A DNA stretch of 60,481 nucleotides, counting the filler. It is 6 parts of 6 records of this genome, joined end to end, with 100 filler letters (N's around TTAATTAATTAA, not from the genome) between each part and the next. Parts side by side here need not be neighbours in the genome. Positions count along the whole stretch, not along the records: positions 28,580 to 39,740 come from DRR723986_7084; positions 39,841 to 53,768 come from DRR723986_7091; 4 more parts are not named here. The stretch is one strand, 5' to 3'. Each line of letters begins with the position of its first letter. Within the stretch, counting starts at the first letter, position 1. Below the pieces are notes generated by a model that was not told the origin of the DNA, ran no database searches, and saw nothing but the letters and a program-made list of their open reading frames with translations. Below are positions 39,352 to 49,052 of the stretch, one piece after another. A program made the position numbers and the translations under genes.

Positions 39352-39740
39352 CAATCGTTCTCCGGAAAGGAATTCAGTTCGTCCATTTTTTAGCATTATA
39401 TGCGGCAAATATACCAAAATCGTAGCGGGCCCCAGCCCTGTCAGCACTTCCGGGACGGCTCACATCCTCAGTTTTTGCCTCGCCAGTTACAGATTGCAGC
39501 GCCCCTCATTTCATTTCGGCGCTTGCTTTTTGAGTCCCTTGTTAATCACCGAATGCGGCTACCCAATGCCTGGCGGCATTTATCAACGACGAATCTGCCT
39601 GAATTCTGTGAGTCTCAAAAACACAAAAGACTGAACGGCCGCGAGCCGCTACCGAACGTACAGTATTTCGGGATTAGCGGTCGCGCAGTTTGGATGGCGC
39701 GCGGCTCAGGTCTCAGAGACTTCCGTCTCAAGCCCCGTAG

Positions 39741-39840
39741 NNNNNNNNNNNNNNNNNNNNNNNNNNNNNNNNNNNNNNNNNNNNTTAATTAATTAANNNN
39801 NNNNNNNNNNNNNNNNNNNNNNNNNNNNNNNNNNNNNNNN
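39741..39840. other. Artificial contig spacer
   Basis: N44-TTAATTAATTAA-N44. Confidence 0.98.
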
Positions 39841-40085
39841 TTGGTGCGAGAGGCAACCTCTTTCACCATCTGAGCGCCCATATTTTCGAACTTGTCTGTA
39901 AGTTCGATTTCTTTGGCAACAGAAACACCGTCTTTGGTGATGCGTGGTGCACCGAATGATTTGTCGAGAATTACGTTACGACCTTTAGGGCCGAGAGTTA
40001 CTTTTACAGCATTTGCGAGCACATCAACGCCAGCCATAATTTTGGCGCGTGCTTCATCGCGGAGTTTTACTTCTTTAGCAGCCAT
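39841..40085 (-). CDS. groL: Chaperonin GroEL, N-terminal fragment
   Basis: MAAKEVK...[13 protein letters not shown]...[12 protein letters not shown]. Confidence 0.98.
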
Positions 40086-40141
40086 CTTGGGCCTCCTGAT
40101 ACATCAGATATAAATTATTGATTGGAAACAAGGTTCGAGTA

Positions 40142-40429
40142 TTACTCGATGATCCCCATTACGTCTTTTTCCTGCATGATCAACAGGTCTTCACCGTCTA
40201 GTTTAACTTCGGTGCCGGACCATTTGCCGAACAAGATTTTGTCACCAACTTTAACGTCGAGCGCGGTTACAGTGCCGTCATCAGCTTTTGTACCGTTGCC
40301 AACTGCAAGAACTTCACCTTCTGAAGGTTTTTCCTGAGCAGTATCTGGCAGAATGATACCGCCAGCAGTTTTAGCTTCGCTTTCTAAACGCTTGACCAAT
40401 ACACGGTCGTGAAGCGGACGAAGAGCCAT
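40142..40429 (-). CDS. groS: Co-chaperonin GroES
   Basis: [14 protein letters not shown]...[21 protein letters not shown]. Confidence 0.98.
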   Translation of the reverse strand: MALRPLHDRVLVKRLESEAKTAGGIILPDTAQEKPSEGEVLAVGNGTKADDGTVTALDVKVGDKILFGKWSGTEVKLDGEDLLIMQEKDVMGIIE

Positions 40430-40466
40430 GGTTTGTCTCCTAATTGATAAACCTGAATTAAAATTA

Positions 40467-40493
40467 TTAGCACTCACCCTAATGGAGTGCTAA
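40467..40493. promoter_or_regulatory. CIRCE element (HrcA operator)
   Basis: Perfect TTAGCACTC-N9-GAGTGCTAA upstream of groES. Confidence 0.97.
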
Positions 40494-40504
40494 CGCGTGA
40501 CTGT

Positions 40505-40533
40505 ATTTAGGCGAAGGGACACAATGGTTCAAG
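40505..40533 (-). promoter_or_regulatory. RpoH (sigma32)-type promoter of groESL
   Basis: Minus strand CTTGAA-N16-CCTAAAT, close to the alphaproteobacterial CTTG-N17/18-CCTATAT pattern, just upstream of CIRCE. Confidence 0.75.
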
Positions 40534-40595
40534 GGCTGAATCAAGAAAATTTATCAATTTTTCCGCTGTAACGACAAATATACCAAATTAAGGTA

Positions 40596-40621
40596 GCAAA
40601 CGGGTCAGCACGCCAACCCGT
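40596..40621 (-). terminator. Probable terminator downstream of the 40651-41205 gene
   Basis: Minus strand ACGGGTTGG-cgtg-CTGACCCGT followed by TTGCT (weak U tract). Confidence 0.5.
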
Positions 40622-40650
40622 CTACTCTTTCTAATATAAAAGCCACCTAA

Positions 40651-41205
40651 TTAAGCCGAGGCCATACGAGGATGGTGTTGGCGCAGGTGCTCGTGTGCAA
40701 TAAGCAATGAAAGGTGATCGCGGGCAGCATAGTTCATTGGCTTCGCCCAATCGCGGCCAATGGCCTGCCATAAAGCATTATTCGACCCAACACCAAGGGC
40801 GGTAACATAATCATCATCTACCAACATATATTGGTGTTTGTAGGGCAACAGAAAACCACCATGTTCAGCGCGGACCTTTAAAGCCTCATCGTATGAAGCA
40901 AACCATACGTTCCAAAATATATGACAGCGTTTAGGGTGCAAAAATGCAGAGAAACTGGCATCGGCCTTTTTCTCAAAACACTCAACCACCGCTCTCCATC
41001 CGGGAAAGCCGATCTCACGAGCAATAGTGCCCAGACAGTGCTTACGCTGAATATCTTCACCGAGTGCGACAGCAGGACTGTTCTTGTTCAGGCGTTGAAC
41101 CGCTGAACGCGAACCGGCTTTCGCTTGTTTATGCAACAAACGCGCTTCGTTTTTTAATGTGTCTAAAATTGGGGCAGTGAAACCACCCTCACCTACGAGT
41201 GACAT
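40651..41205 (-). CDS. Uncharacterised protein with N-terminal LKxxAxxL...IARExGFxxW helical motif
   Basis: Open 184-aa frame with GGAG SD 8 nt before ATG 41205. Motifs RKHCLGTIAREIGFPGW, NVWFASYDEA, FLLPYKHQY and IGRDWAKP. Confidence 0.8.
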   Translation of the reverse strand: MSLVGEGGFTAPILDTLKNEARLLHKQAKAGSRSAVQRLNKNSPAVALGEDIQRKHCLGTIAREIGFPGWRAVVECFEKKADASFSAFLHPKRCHIFWNVWFASYDEALKVRAEHGGFLLPYKHQYMLVDDDYVTALGVGSNNALWQAIGRDWAKPMNYAARDHLSLLIAHEHLRQHHPRMASA

Positions 41206-41340
41206 AACATCGTCTCCATCAATGGACATCACCGCTCTCTAGTGTCCTGAAGAACCATGCGCTGTGCGATAGGTCTTACTTATATGAAAATCAGGGTGCT
41301 ACGGCTTTTGGCGGGCGGGCGCACCTGAGCGCCTGACAGC
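41206..41340 (-). ncRNA. Candidate structured leader RNA (unassigned family)
   Basis: About 130 nt between a predicted promoter and the ATG, containing three stem-loops and an alternative pairing (see findings). Confidence 0.45.
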
Positions 41341-41342
41341 TT

Positions 41343-41370
41343 GATATACCGTTTAAGCCTGCTTCGTCAA
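41343..41370 (-). promoter_or_regulatory. Putative sigma70 promoter for the leader plus 40651-41205 gene
   Basis: Minus strand TTGACG-N16-TATATC (GGTATATC), resembling alphaproteobacterial housekeeping promoters. Confidence 0.55.
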
Positions 41371-41376
41371 TACACA

Positions 41377-43164
41377 TCATAGTTTGATAAACATACGTTC
41401 CTCGGCAGCAATCGCACCGCTTCGTCTTGCTTTTTCGTATAGTGATTTGGTGAAGTCGGCTTCTGCCGTTAACCCCAACTTTTCTTGAGTGCGCCACAAT
41501 CCATATAATGATGCCGAGCTGTTAGGGTGACGAATAAGACTTGCTTTAAAGGCATCTAATGCTTCGCTGTAGTTACCGTCCATATACAGCGCAGCACCAA
41601 GGCTTTGCTCCACCGCATAATACCAATGGGGTGGTTCAGTGTAAGGCAACTTGTTCTGCAGCTTAACATTCTGCCGCATCAAATTAGCGGCGGCTGAATA
41701 GTCTTGCTTTGACATCAAAATTTTTGCTGCAATGGTGTTGCTAGCCAGTTTCAAAACCATACCCGCAGGCCCACTACCGGGCTTGAAGGCCTCCAAATCC
41801 AGCAAGGCGTCAATTGCCTGCTTTTCAGCACTAGCGCGGCTATCGCCTGCCTCGGCAAAAACTTTACCGCGGGCATAATGCCACATTGCTTTCAAATACG
41901 GGGTGCTATCGCCGGGGTCGGGCAAGGCCTCAACATCATGCACGCTGGCAAACTGGCTATGGGCAAAATACGGCGCAGCCTTAATCGGCGCGATCCACTC
42001 TGCAACCTTCAAAACTTCCGCAGGAATAATCGAGTCCAGCTTTTGAGCATATTCAAGCGCAGTTTTGCCGTCTTCGGCCATTTGCGCAGACACCAGAATG
42101 AAGTGAATGTTATGCGGATAATAGCCATATCGATACAGCATCGAGCCCTTTGTTTCGCTGAGGTACAATTCATCTACCTCCGCAGCCTTGATATTAGTAT
42201 CAAGACTGTCCAAATACCGGCCTATTCGGTAATAGATGTGCCCCGGCATATGCACCAAATGGCCTGACCCGGGGGCCAACCCCGCCAATTTATCTGCATG
42301 CACAGCCGCTTCTTGCGCGCGGGTGCTGGCTTCATATAAATGTATAAACAAATGAATTGAGCCATAATGGTCGGGGTTGGTTTCCAGCACATTATTGATT
42401 GTATCAATCGCGACTTTAATGTGTGGGTGCGGCGAGGAATAATCCCGCTCCCAGTAATCCCACGGCGATGTATCCATAATCGCTTCGGCATAAAGCGTCG
42501 CAATATCTTGATCATCGGGGAAGGCGGCATGAACTGCAGCCATTGCATCTGCATAATTCTGGTCTTGCTGCGCCCTCGTAATGCTGGCATCTGCGCTATA
42601 GCGCTTCTCAGCCGCTTCAATCAGCGCCTGCTCCCGGGCATCTGCGCTGTCTTTCAGGGCGCTCGCTTTTTGGATAGCCGACAAAGCAAGGATTCCTGCT
42701 TCTTCACTCATTGGTGCATTAATATTAGGGCCAAGCGCAATGGCTTCCCCCCAGAAGCAAATGGCGCAGTTCGGGTCTAATTCCTGGGCTTTTTTAAAGG
42801 CGCGAATGGCTTCCCAGTGATTAAATGCATACAACAGCGCGAAACCCTGCCGAAAGTATGCGCCAGCCTGTTTGTTTTTGCTGGAAATCGGGAAATCCCG
42901 GTGGTCTAACCCGGTTAAGATCGGCACATCGGTTGAAGCTGTTTCTGATGCATTCACTGCACTGGACAACATCCGCGCAACATCAGGACGAAACAACAAA
43001 CCACGCTTTGAGCCCAGTGGTCCGCATAAATTCTGTGTAACTGTCGATGGATTAAAAGCATAACCTTCAACATCACTCTTTTGCTTCGGCGAAAAATCGG
43101 TCATGAAAATATTGCCACCAACCAATACGGCTGCGGCTATTGCTGGTGTAATAAGTGATTTCAT
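41377..43164 (-). CDS. Exported TPR-repeat protein with conserved His cluster
   Basis: N-terminal signal/TM; AFNHWEA..F, ALGPNIN, HYGSIHLFIH, HLVHMPGHIY, YYPHNIHF and YTEPP.W. Confidence 0.85.
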   Translation of the reverse strand: MKSLITPAIAAAVLVGGNIFMTDFSPKQKSDVEGYAFNPSTVTQNLCGPLGSKRGLLFRPDVARMLSSAVNASETASTDVPILTGLDHRDFPISSKNKQAGAYFRQGFALLYAFNHWEAIRAFKKAQELDPNCAICFWGEAIALGPNINAPMSEEAGILALSAIQKASALKDSADAREQALIEAAEKRYSADASITRAQQDQNYADAMAAVHAAFPDDQDIATLYAEAIMDTSPWDYWERDYSSPHPHIKVAIDTINNVLETNPDHYGSIHLFIHLYEASTRAQEAAVHADKLAGLAPGSGHLVHMPGHIYYRIGRYLDSLDTNIKAAEVDELYLSETKGSMLYRYGYYPHNIHFILVSAQMAEDGKTALEYAQKLDSIIPAEVLKVAEWIAPIKAAPYFAHSQFASVHDVEALPDPGDSTPYLKAMWHYARGKVFAEAGDSRASAEKQAIDALLDLEAFKPGSGPAGMVLKLASNTIAAKILMSKQDYSAAANLMRQNVKLQNKLPYTEPPHWYYAVEQSLGAALYMDGNYSEALDAFKASLIRHPNSSASLYGLWRTQEKLGLTAEADFTKSLYEKARRSGAIAAEERMFIKL

Positions 43165-43358
43165 TTTTGCCCCCCAAAGCGAAAATAGACAACTAAGGCT
43201 AGTTAAGCTGGCATAAACCATAGTTGAAATCTCAAAATTTGTCTATTCATGCCCGCGCAATTGTTCATGCTGGCGCCGTTGACCTAGCGCGCGTGGCAGT
43301 AATATGCAAACATATCAGTTGTGTGTATTATGCAATCAGCTGGGATTAGGGGAGTCTC

Positions 43359-44129
43359 ATGATGTTAAAGTTTATATACCGGCTGTATGGGTTAGCCTGT
43401 TACCTTCTGGGCTTGATCAGTTTGGTAGCCTTTGCGCTATTTGCTAATAATGGCTTTATCGACCTTGGGCTTGCCACCGGCGACCCGCTTTTAGGTGCTT
43501 TTTCAATTGATCTTCCCACGGCATCCCTGCCAGCCAACCCTTATTTAGTTAACCTCGGCCTCATATTCATATTCGCTGTGCAACATTCTGTTATGGCACG
43601 CGCCGGTTTTAAAAATTGGATTACGAAACTTTTGCCCAAGCCTCTGGAGCGCAGCACATACGTATTGGCTACTGCCATCGCACTTTTTTTACTCATTCTT
43701 TTTTGGCAGCCCATGATTGGTATAATCTGGCAAGTTGAAACACCGCTACTACGGACAGTCATAAACGGTTTATTCTGGAGTGGTTGGCTTATTTCATTAT
43801 TAGCAACCCAAATGATAGATGGCATGCATTTGTTTGGTATAAAGCAATCTTTCGGTGCTGATGAGCCTGTCAGCAGCATCAAAAACTTTGCAACACCCGC
43901 ATTTTACAAACTTGTCCGCCATCCCATCCAAACTGGCGTTATCATCGCCATGCTTGCAACCCCGGACATGACGGTTGGTCGGGCGGTTTTGGCCCTTGGG
44001 GTCATAGTGTACATAGCCGTTGGACTTTATTATGAAGAGCGCGATTTGATAGCCGAGTTTGGCGACATATACCGTGATTATAAAGACAAAGTCCCTGCCC
44101 TATTCCCCCGGTTTGGGCGCAAAAAATAA
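43359..44129 (+). CDS. mddA: Methanethiol S-methyltransferase-like membrane protein (MddA/ICMT family)
   Basis: FAVQHSVMAR..FK, ERSTYVL, FWQP, LFG, YKLVRHPI and EERDL...FG..Y..Y...VP motifs. Confidence 0.78.
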   Translation: MMLKFIYRLYGLACYLLGLISLVAFALFANNGFIDLGLATGDPLLGAFSIDLPTASLPANPYLVNLGLIFIFAVQHSVMARAGFKNWITKLLPKPLERSTYVLATAIALFLLILFWQPMIGIIWQVETPLLRTVINGLFWSGWLISLLATQMIDGMHLFGIKQSFGADEPVSSIKNFATPAFYKLVRHPIQTGVIIAMLATPDMTVGRAVLALGVIVYIAVGLYYEERDLIAEFGDIYRDYKDKVPALFPRFGRKK

Positions 44130-44180
44130 TACGCCTAAAAAGTTTAAGGAAACTTTTGTCTTAACGGGTGTCGCGATCAA

Positions 44181-44825
44181 TTACCGGCAGAGCAAGCGAT
44201 ATTCACCTGAAACTTTGGTGAACTTCAGAGCAACGGCAAGACCGAAAAATAACGGCGCTAACGATATCAGAAATGATGAAAAATCTGAGTAATTTGATCC
44301 TTCAACAGCCGTCAAATAGCTATCGCGCGCTCTAAAATACCCATTCAAGTGATCCGTAATAATCTTGCGGTCAGCATCGCCAATACCTGCCGTAATAGTG
44401 TCTAAGCCTAACAATAGATTTGAGGGAATGTCGGCAGGAAACACCTCATTGCTCACAACAAGTTCAATTTCGGACTCTTTCACTTTAACCCAAGCACATA
44501 AATCCGGCGCCTTTACAGAATTGCCATCCTCTTCACAGGCGTAAAGACTATAAACTTCAAACCAATTCTCCACCGCCTGTAGTTGTTTTTCAGCAATAGT
44601 TTCCGAACGCTCAACCGATTGCAATGATCGTAAAATACGAGCCTCTTCAAAAACGCCCACAACAGAAACCAGCGCCAGTAAAACCCATACATATTCCGCC
44701 AACTTCCATTGGCGTGACGTAAGAGGAAATTTAAAAACAAGAAAATAATGAAGGACAACCAGCGTGAAAAAAAACACAGAGCCTACAACATAGGGGTTCG
44801 TCGCTAATTGAAGCAGCTGTTCCAT
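44181..44825 (-). CDS. Hypothetical membrane protein (3 TM)
   Basis: Two N-terminal and one C-terminal hydrophobic helix; no family recognised. Confidence 0.65.
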   Translation of the reverse strand: MEQLLQLATNPYVVGSVFFFTLVVLHYFLVFKFPLTSRQWKLAEYVWVLLALVSVVGVFEEARILRSLQSVERSETIAEKQLQAVENWFEVYSLYACEEDGNSVKAPDLCAWVKVKESEIELVVSNEVFPADIPSNLLLGLDTITAGIGDADRKIITDHLNGYFRARDSYLTAVEGSNYSDFSSFLISLAPLFFGLAVALKFTKVSGEYRLLCR

Positions 44826-44920
44826 AAGTGTCCTGACCAAATAAACCGCAGCTTAATCAGTGCCGCTCGGAAAACAGTAATTTGATGATAAGTTAAAGTA
44901 AACATACCGCTTTGATATGT

Positions 44921-45346
44921 TTATTTTTGCGGCCTTATCTTCTTCAGGATACCACTATATGTTAGAATAGTTGTATCACCAGAGAATATTTTGCCACGAA
45001 CAAATAACAACGAACCCGTTGCTTTTGTTACTTCCCCGGTTGATTGGATCAAAGTGTCCTGCTCGCCCGCAGAAACAAATTCACTGCTAAAGCCAACGGT
45101 AACCGCCATACCTTCTAAATAATCTTTCGCGATAACAAACATCGCAAAGTCTGCAAAGCTCATGAGCAAGCCGCCGTGCAAATTGCCGCCACCATTCAGG
45201 TGCTTACTTTCTGAAACAAAGGCGCTAACATAACTGCCATCTTCCTGTTTCTTATAGTAAAATGGGCCGACCAGGTCTTCAAAGGCATCAACATTGCCCC
45301 ATGTTCGGTACCCTTGTTCTTCAAGGTCTTTATTTGTTAGCGGCAT
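44921..45346 (-). CDS. PaaI family thioesterase
   Basis: FEDLVGPFY and HLNGGGNLHGGLLMSFAD hot-dog motif. Confidence 0.9.
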   Translation of the reverse strand: MPLTNKDLEEQGYRTWGNVDAFEDLVGPFYYKKQEDGSYVSAFVSESKHLNGGGNLHGGLLMSFADFAMFVIAKDYLEGMAVTVGFSSEFVSAGEQDTLIQSTGEVTKATGSLLFVRGKIFSGDTTILTYSGILKKIRPQK

Positions 45347-45362
45347 ATTTTTTCCATACAGA

Positions 45363-46490
45363 TTACGGTAAAGACAGGATAGTCCCCTCAATACCCCGAA
45401 CACCTTTATCATCTGCAATATAGTACGCAACAAGTATCCGTCCATCTGGCAATAGACACGCGGATGGGTAACCCGTGTCAGCGCTTGAACTGTCATCTCG
45501 AATAATTATTTCCTCTGCGGCCATTAACCCTTCCATTGACGATGCAATACGTGCCCGCACGCCCATGGGTTTATGGCGATATCCATACACCAAAAACAAT
45601 CTGCCATCAGGCAACACCATTGGGTCATAGGGATGGCCAATAATCGGCATAGTTTTTGGCACCTGAAATAACAAATCAGTCTCTGATTGCGCCACGACTA
45701 ACTTGTCATCGTTATTTGCCGTTCGGTGGAACACAGATAATTTGCCCTCGGGCCAAGCCGCAATTGCAGGTTCTTGCAGGTCAATGCCTTTCATACCCAA
45801 CTGCTGCGGCAAGCGCTGCCAGCTTTCACCGCGGCAATCAGACCGAAAAAAGCTGGTTTGCTGGTTTACCATCTCGGCTTCACCGGCGGCATAGCCTGCC
45901 AGTAACAAGCTGCCATTTGGCAATTCAGCCATGCGCCCCCGAAGAGCAACTGCGCCTTTAGCGAATGGCCCACCCGCTATATTGCCGACGTCGTCAATGG
46001 GCAACTCACAATAGTCAGACCATGTATGCCCTTGGTTATCGCTGTAGCGAACATAACTGCCCCAAAATACATACCCTGCCCCAAGCCTCTCCGCGCGCAA
46101 TAGATTGTGCCCTTTGGCTTGCAATTTTTCGGCGACCGAATTCGAGACCGGATACCAAAGAAACCCGTGCTGCAATAGCCGTCCGCTTGAATGAACAAAA
46201 AGGTTAGCGTCCTGATCGGCGGCCTCGGCATGTGTTGGCATTGTCACCACCGTACCCACTGGTTCCATATTGCTATCAAAGCGCTTTAAAGCGATGTGAG
46301 ACCGGAAGTGCACATGATCAACAGCATCAAGGTTTTGCGTAGCAGCCGAACCCAAGAGCCAGCGGTGGTCTGGCGCGCGGCGAAAGGCTAATAAAACCTC
46401 ACTGCTCGGCATCGTAACTATACTTGGAAAGGCGGAAAAAAAGCGCTCTGACCGATATAAAACCAAATGACGATCCACGCGTAATGTCAT
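45363..46490 (-). CDS. Sialidase/BNR-repeat beta-propeller protein
   Basis: AFPSI, Asp boxes SDNQGHTW and SDCRGESW, DTGYPS...LPDG. Confidence 0.8.
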   Translation of the reverse strand: MTLRVDRHLVLYRSERFFSAFPSIVTMPSSEVLLAFRRAPDHRWLLGSAATQNLDAVDHVHFRSHIALKRFDSNMEPVGTVVTMPTHAEAADQDANLFVHSSGRLLQHGFLWYPVSNSVAEKLQAKGHNLLRAERLGAGYVFWGSYVRYSDNQGHTWSDYCELPIDDVGNIAGGPFAKGAVALRGRMAELPNGSLLLAGYAAGEAEMVNQQTSFFRSDCRGESWQRLPQQLGMKGIDLQEPAIAAWPEGKLSVFHRTANNDDKLVVAQSETDLLFQVPKTMPIIGHPYDPMVLPDGRLFLVYGYRHKPMGVRARIASSMEGLMAAEEIIIRDDSSSADTGYPSACLLPDGRILVAYYIADDKGVRGIEGTILSLP

Positions 46491-46666
46491 GGCATGTACC
46501 GTTTCGTCGCAAACATGTTGTTTTCCAGTTGCTTCATAGACACCCTGTTTACACAAATTATTTGCTGCTTTGTCTTGACGTAGCCTTATATCAGCCTCAC
46601 CTTTAACAAAGAGTAACAGTAGGCCAAATCATAATCGCCTTAAGTTCAAATTCGGAGTTTTTAGTC

Positions 46667-48502
46667 ATGAAGGGTATTTGGAAAATCATCAAGGCCATGG
46701 GCAATTTTGTCATTGGCCTAGGCGGCTTTACCATTGGTTTGCTTGTTATATTGGGTCTCAGCATCACACTGCTTGCCCGCAACCCACAACAAGTACCAAG
46801 CGTACCTGACGGGGCTGTTTTGGTATTATGGCCTGAAGGGCAAATTGTCGAAATCACCGAGTTGCCAGACCCATACGCCATACTTTTTGATGATTTCAAC
46901 CGTCGACCAGCACAAACCAGCATTCATGACATCACAACAGCTCTCAAAAGAGCGAAAACGGATGACCGTATCAGTGCACTGGCGATAGGCACAGACAGCA
47001 TGACCAGCGCAGCGCCAAGCCATATGCACACAATTGCCGCCGCAGTGCGTGATTTTAAATCAAGCGGTAAGAAAGTATATGCTGTTTCATCTGGCTATAG
47101 CCAATCTGACTACATGATTGCCGCAGAAGCTGACAAAATATACATGCATTCTCAGGGAAATGTCTTGCTAACTGGCTACGGCAGCTACCCAATGTACTAT
47201 CGCAGTTTACTGGAAAAAATTGGTGCCACCGTGAATGTGTTCCGCGTCGGCACATTCAAATCAGCGGTTGAGCCATACATCCGCGATGATATGTCAGAGG
47301 CCGCAAAAGAGGCGAACAGTGAGTTTTTAAATTCACTGTGGACACAATATCAAACAAGTGTAGCAGAGGCGCGGGGTTTTGAGACAGGCAAGATCGCAAG
47401 TGACATTAACAATATTTCCGAGCAGCTAAAAGCAGCAGGCGGCGACTTTGCTACTCTTGCGATGAACAATGGCTTAGTTGATGAACTGGCCCCCCGCGCC
47501 AAATGGCGTCAAGATTTAATGCAAGAGTATGGAGCGAGCAGCTATGGAAACTCGTTCAATCAAATTAACTTTCGGTCATACTTAGCCGCTACAAATACCA
47601 ACAATAGTAGCGGTGACCAGATAGCGGTTATTACCGCGCAAGGTGAGATTGTAATGGGCGAAGGGCCGGTTTCTGTTACAGCTGCCGAAACCATTGTTGA
47701 TTATATACGAAGTGCTCGAAACAACTATAATACAGCAGCTATTGTTCTGCGGGTTGACAGTCCTGGCGGGTCGTCATTTGCATCTGAATTGATAAGGCAG
47801 GAACTGGTTGCTGCGCAAGAACAAGGCTTGCCTGTCATTGCCTCATTCGGACCTGTCGCAGCTTCAGGTGGCTACTGGATCGCGGCAACAGCCGACGAAA
47901 TTTGGGCAGCGCCAAGTTCTATTACTGGTTCAATTGGTATCTTTGGCATTATTCCAACTTTTGAAAACACGCTGGACAAAATTGGCGTTAGCACAGACGG
48001 CGTTGGCACAACACCGCTTGCAGGCGCCTTTAATGTAACGCGTGATCTTACGGACCTGAGCAAGGATGTTATTCAACAAAGCATTGAATCTGGTTACAGC
48101 CAGTTTTTGTCTCTAGTTGCCAGCGGACGTAATATGACTGTGGAGGACGTGGACAAAATCGCCCAAGGACGTGTTTGGGTTGGAGAAAAAGCCAAAGAGC
48201 TTGGCCTTGTTGACCACTTAGGCGGGTTTGATGAGGCTGTTAAAGCTGCTGCACGCGCCGCAAACATCGAAGACAACTATTCGCTTGCCTTCTACCGTGA
48301 GCAACCCGATCAAATTGATCAATTTGTCGCCAACTTCCTTAATTCAACCATCGGCAGCAGTAGTATACAGCGTCCCAAATTACCCGCCTCTTCGCCTCTT
48401 ATTGATGCGGCCATGACTGTGTTGGACGACAGTAAGTTTCTGTCAAACCTCAACGATCCGCTTGGGCGCTATCTGATTTGTTTTGAATGTAAGGTGCGGT
48501 GA
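46667..48502 (+). CDS. sppA: Signal peptide peptidase SppA (protease IV), 67K type
   Basis: [29 protein letters not shown] and IAQGRVW. Confidence 0.95.
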   Translation: MKGIWKIIKAMGNFVIGLGGFTIGLLVILGLSITLLARNPQQVPSVPDGAVLVLWPEGQIVEITELPDPYAILFDDFNRRPAQTSIHDITTALKRAKTDDRISALAIGTDSMTSAAPSHMHTIAAAVRDFKSSGKKVYAVSSGYSQSDYMIAAEADKIYMHSQGNVLLTGYGSYPMYYRSLLEKIGATVNVFRVGTFKSAVEPYIRDDMSEAAKEANSEFLNSLWTQYQTSVAEARGFETGKIASDINNISEQLKAAGGDFATLAMNNGLVDELAPRAKWRQDLMQEYGASSYGNSFNQINFRSYLAATNTNNSSGDQIAVITAQGEIVMGEGPVSVTAAETIVDYIRSARNNYNTAAIVLRVDSPGGSSFASELIRQELVAAQEQGLPVIASFGPVAASGGYWIAATADEIWAAPSSITGSIGIFGIIPTFENTLDKIGVSTDGVGTTPLAGAFNVTRDLTDLSKDVIQQSIESGYSQFLSLVASGRNMTVEDVDKIAQGRVWVGEKAKELGLVDHLGGFDEAVKAAARAANIEDNYSLAFYREQPDQIDQFVANFLNSTIGSSSIQRPKLPASSPLIDAAMTVLDDSKFLSNLNDPLGRYLICFECKVR

Positions 48503-48924
48503 AAGAAATGATCGAAACAACCATAGACAATATTACTGATGAAGAATGGCGCGAAAAGCTAACCCCCGAACAGTATGCTGTATGCCGTTGCGGCGGAACG
48601 GAGCCGGCATTCACAGGCAAATATTGGAACACTAAAACCAAAGGCACGTACAAATGTGCCGGTTGCGATGCAGACCTGTTCAATAGCGATACCAAATATG
48701 ATAGCGGGTCAGGCTGGCCAAGTTTTTGGGCGCCGATGCGCGCCGAAAACATCAAAGAGCATATTGACCGCAGCATGGGTATGGTGCGCACAGAAATAAC
48801 ATGCGCAAAATGCGATAGCCACCTGGGTCATGTTTTTCCTGATGGGCCTCAGCCAACAGGTCTTAGATATTGCTTAAATTCTGCATCGCTTAACCTATTA
48901 GCAACAGAGCCTGAAAGCCCGTAA
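48499..48924 (+). CDS. msrB: Peptide methionine (R)-S-oxide reductase
   Basis: [26 protein letters not shown] and RYCLNS. Confidence 0.96.
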   Translation: MKEMIETTIDNITDEEWREKLTPEQYAVCRCGGTEPAFTGKYWNTKTKGTYKCAGCDADLFNSDTKYDSGSGWPSFWAPMRAENIKEHIDRSMGMVRTEITCAKCDSHLGHVFPDGPQPTGLRYCLNSASLNLLATEPESP

Positions 48925-49052
48925 GAGAGCTGCGAGCATTTCCAACAATATTATGTTGTGTTTTTTGCAACTCTGTGTCGCTATAAGCCAAGCTAGCATG
49001 TCATTAATGTAAACACTAAATTCTCGTTATCAGTTTTAACGGGAGCAACACA

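Noticed and set aside
39400-39740. 130-aa ORF running into the spacer
   Set aside because: No recognisable features; the region looks non-coding and structured.
6724-44129. SBP56/methanethiol oxidase and MddA in one window as a methanethiol-cycling cluster
   Set aside because: They lie on different contigs from different organisms, separated by artificial spacers.
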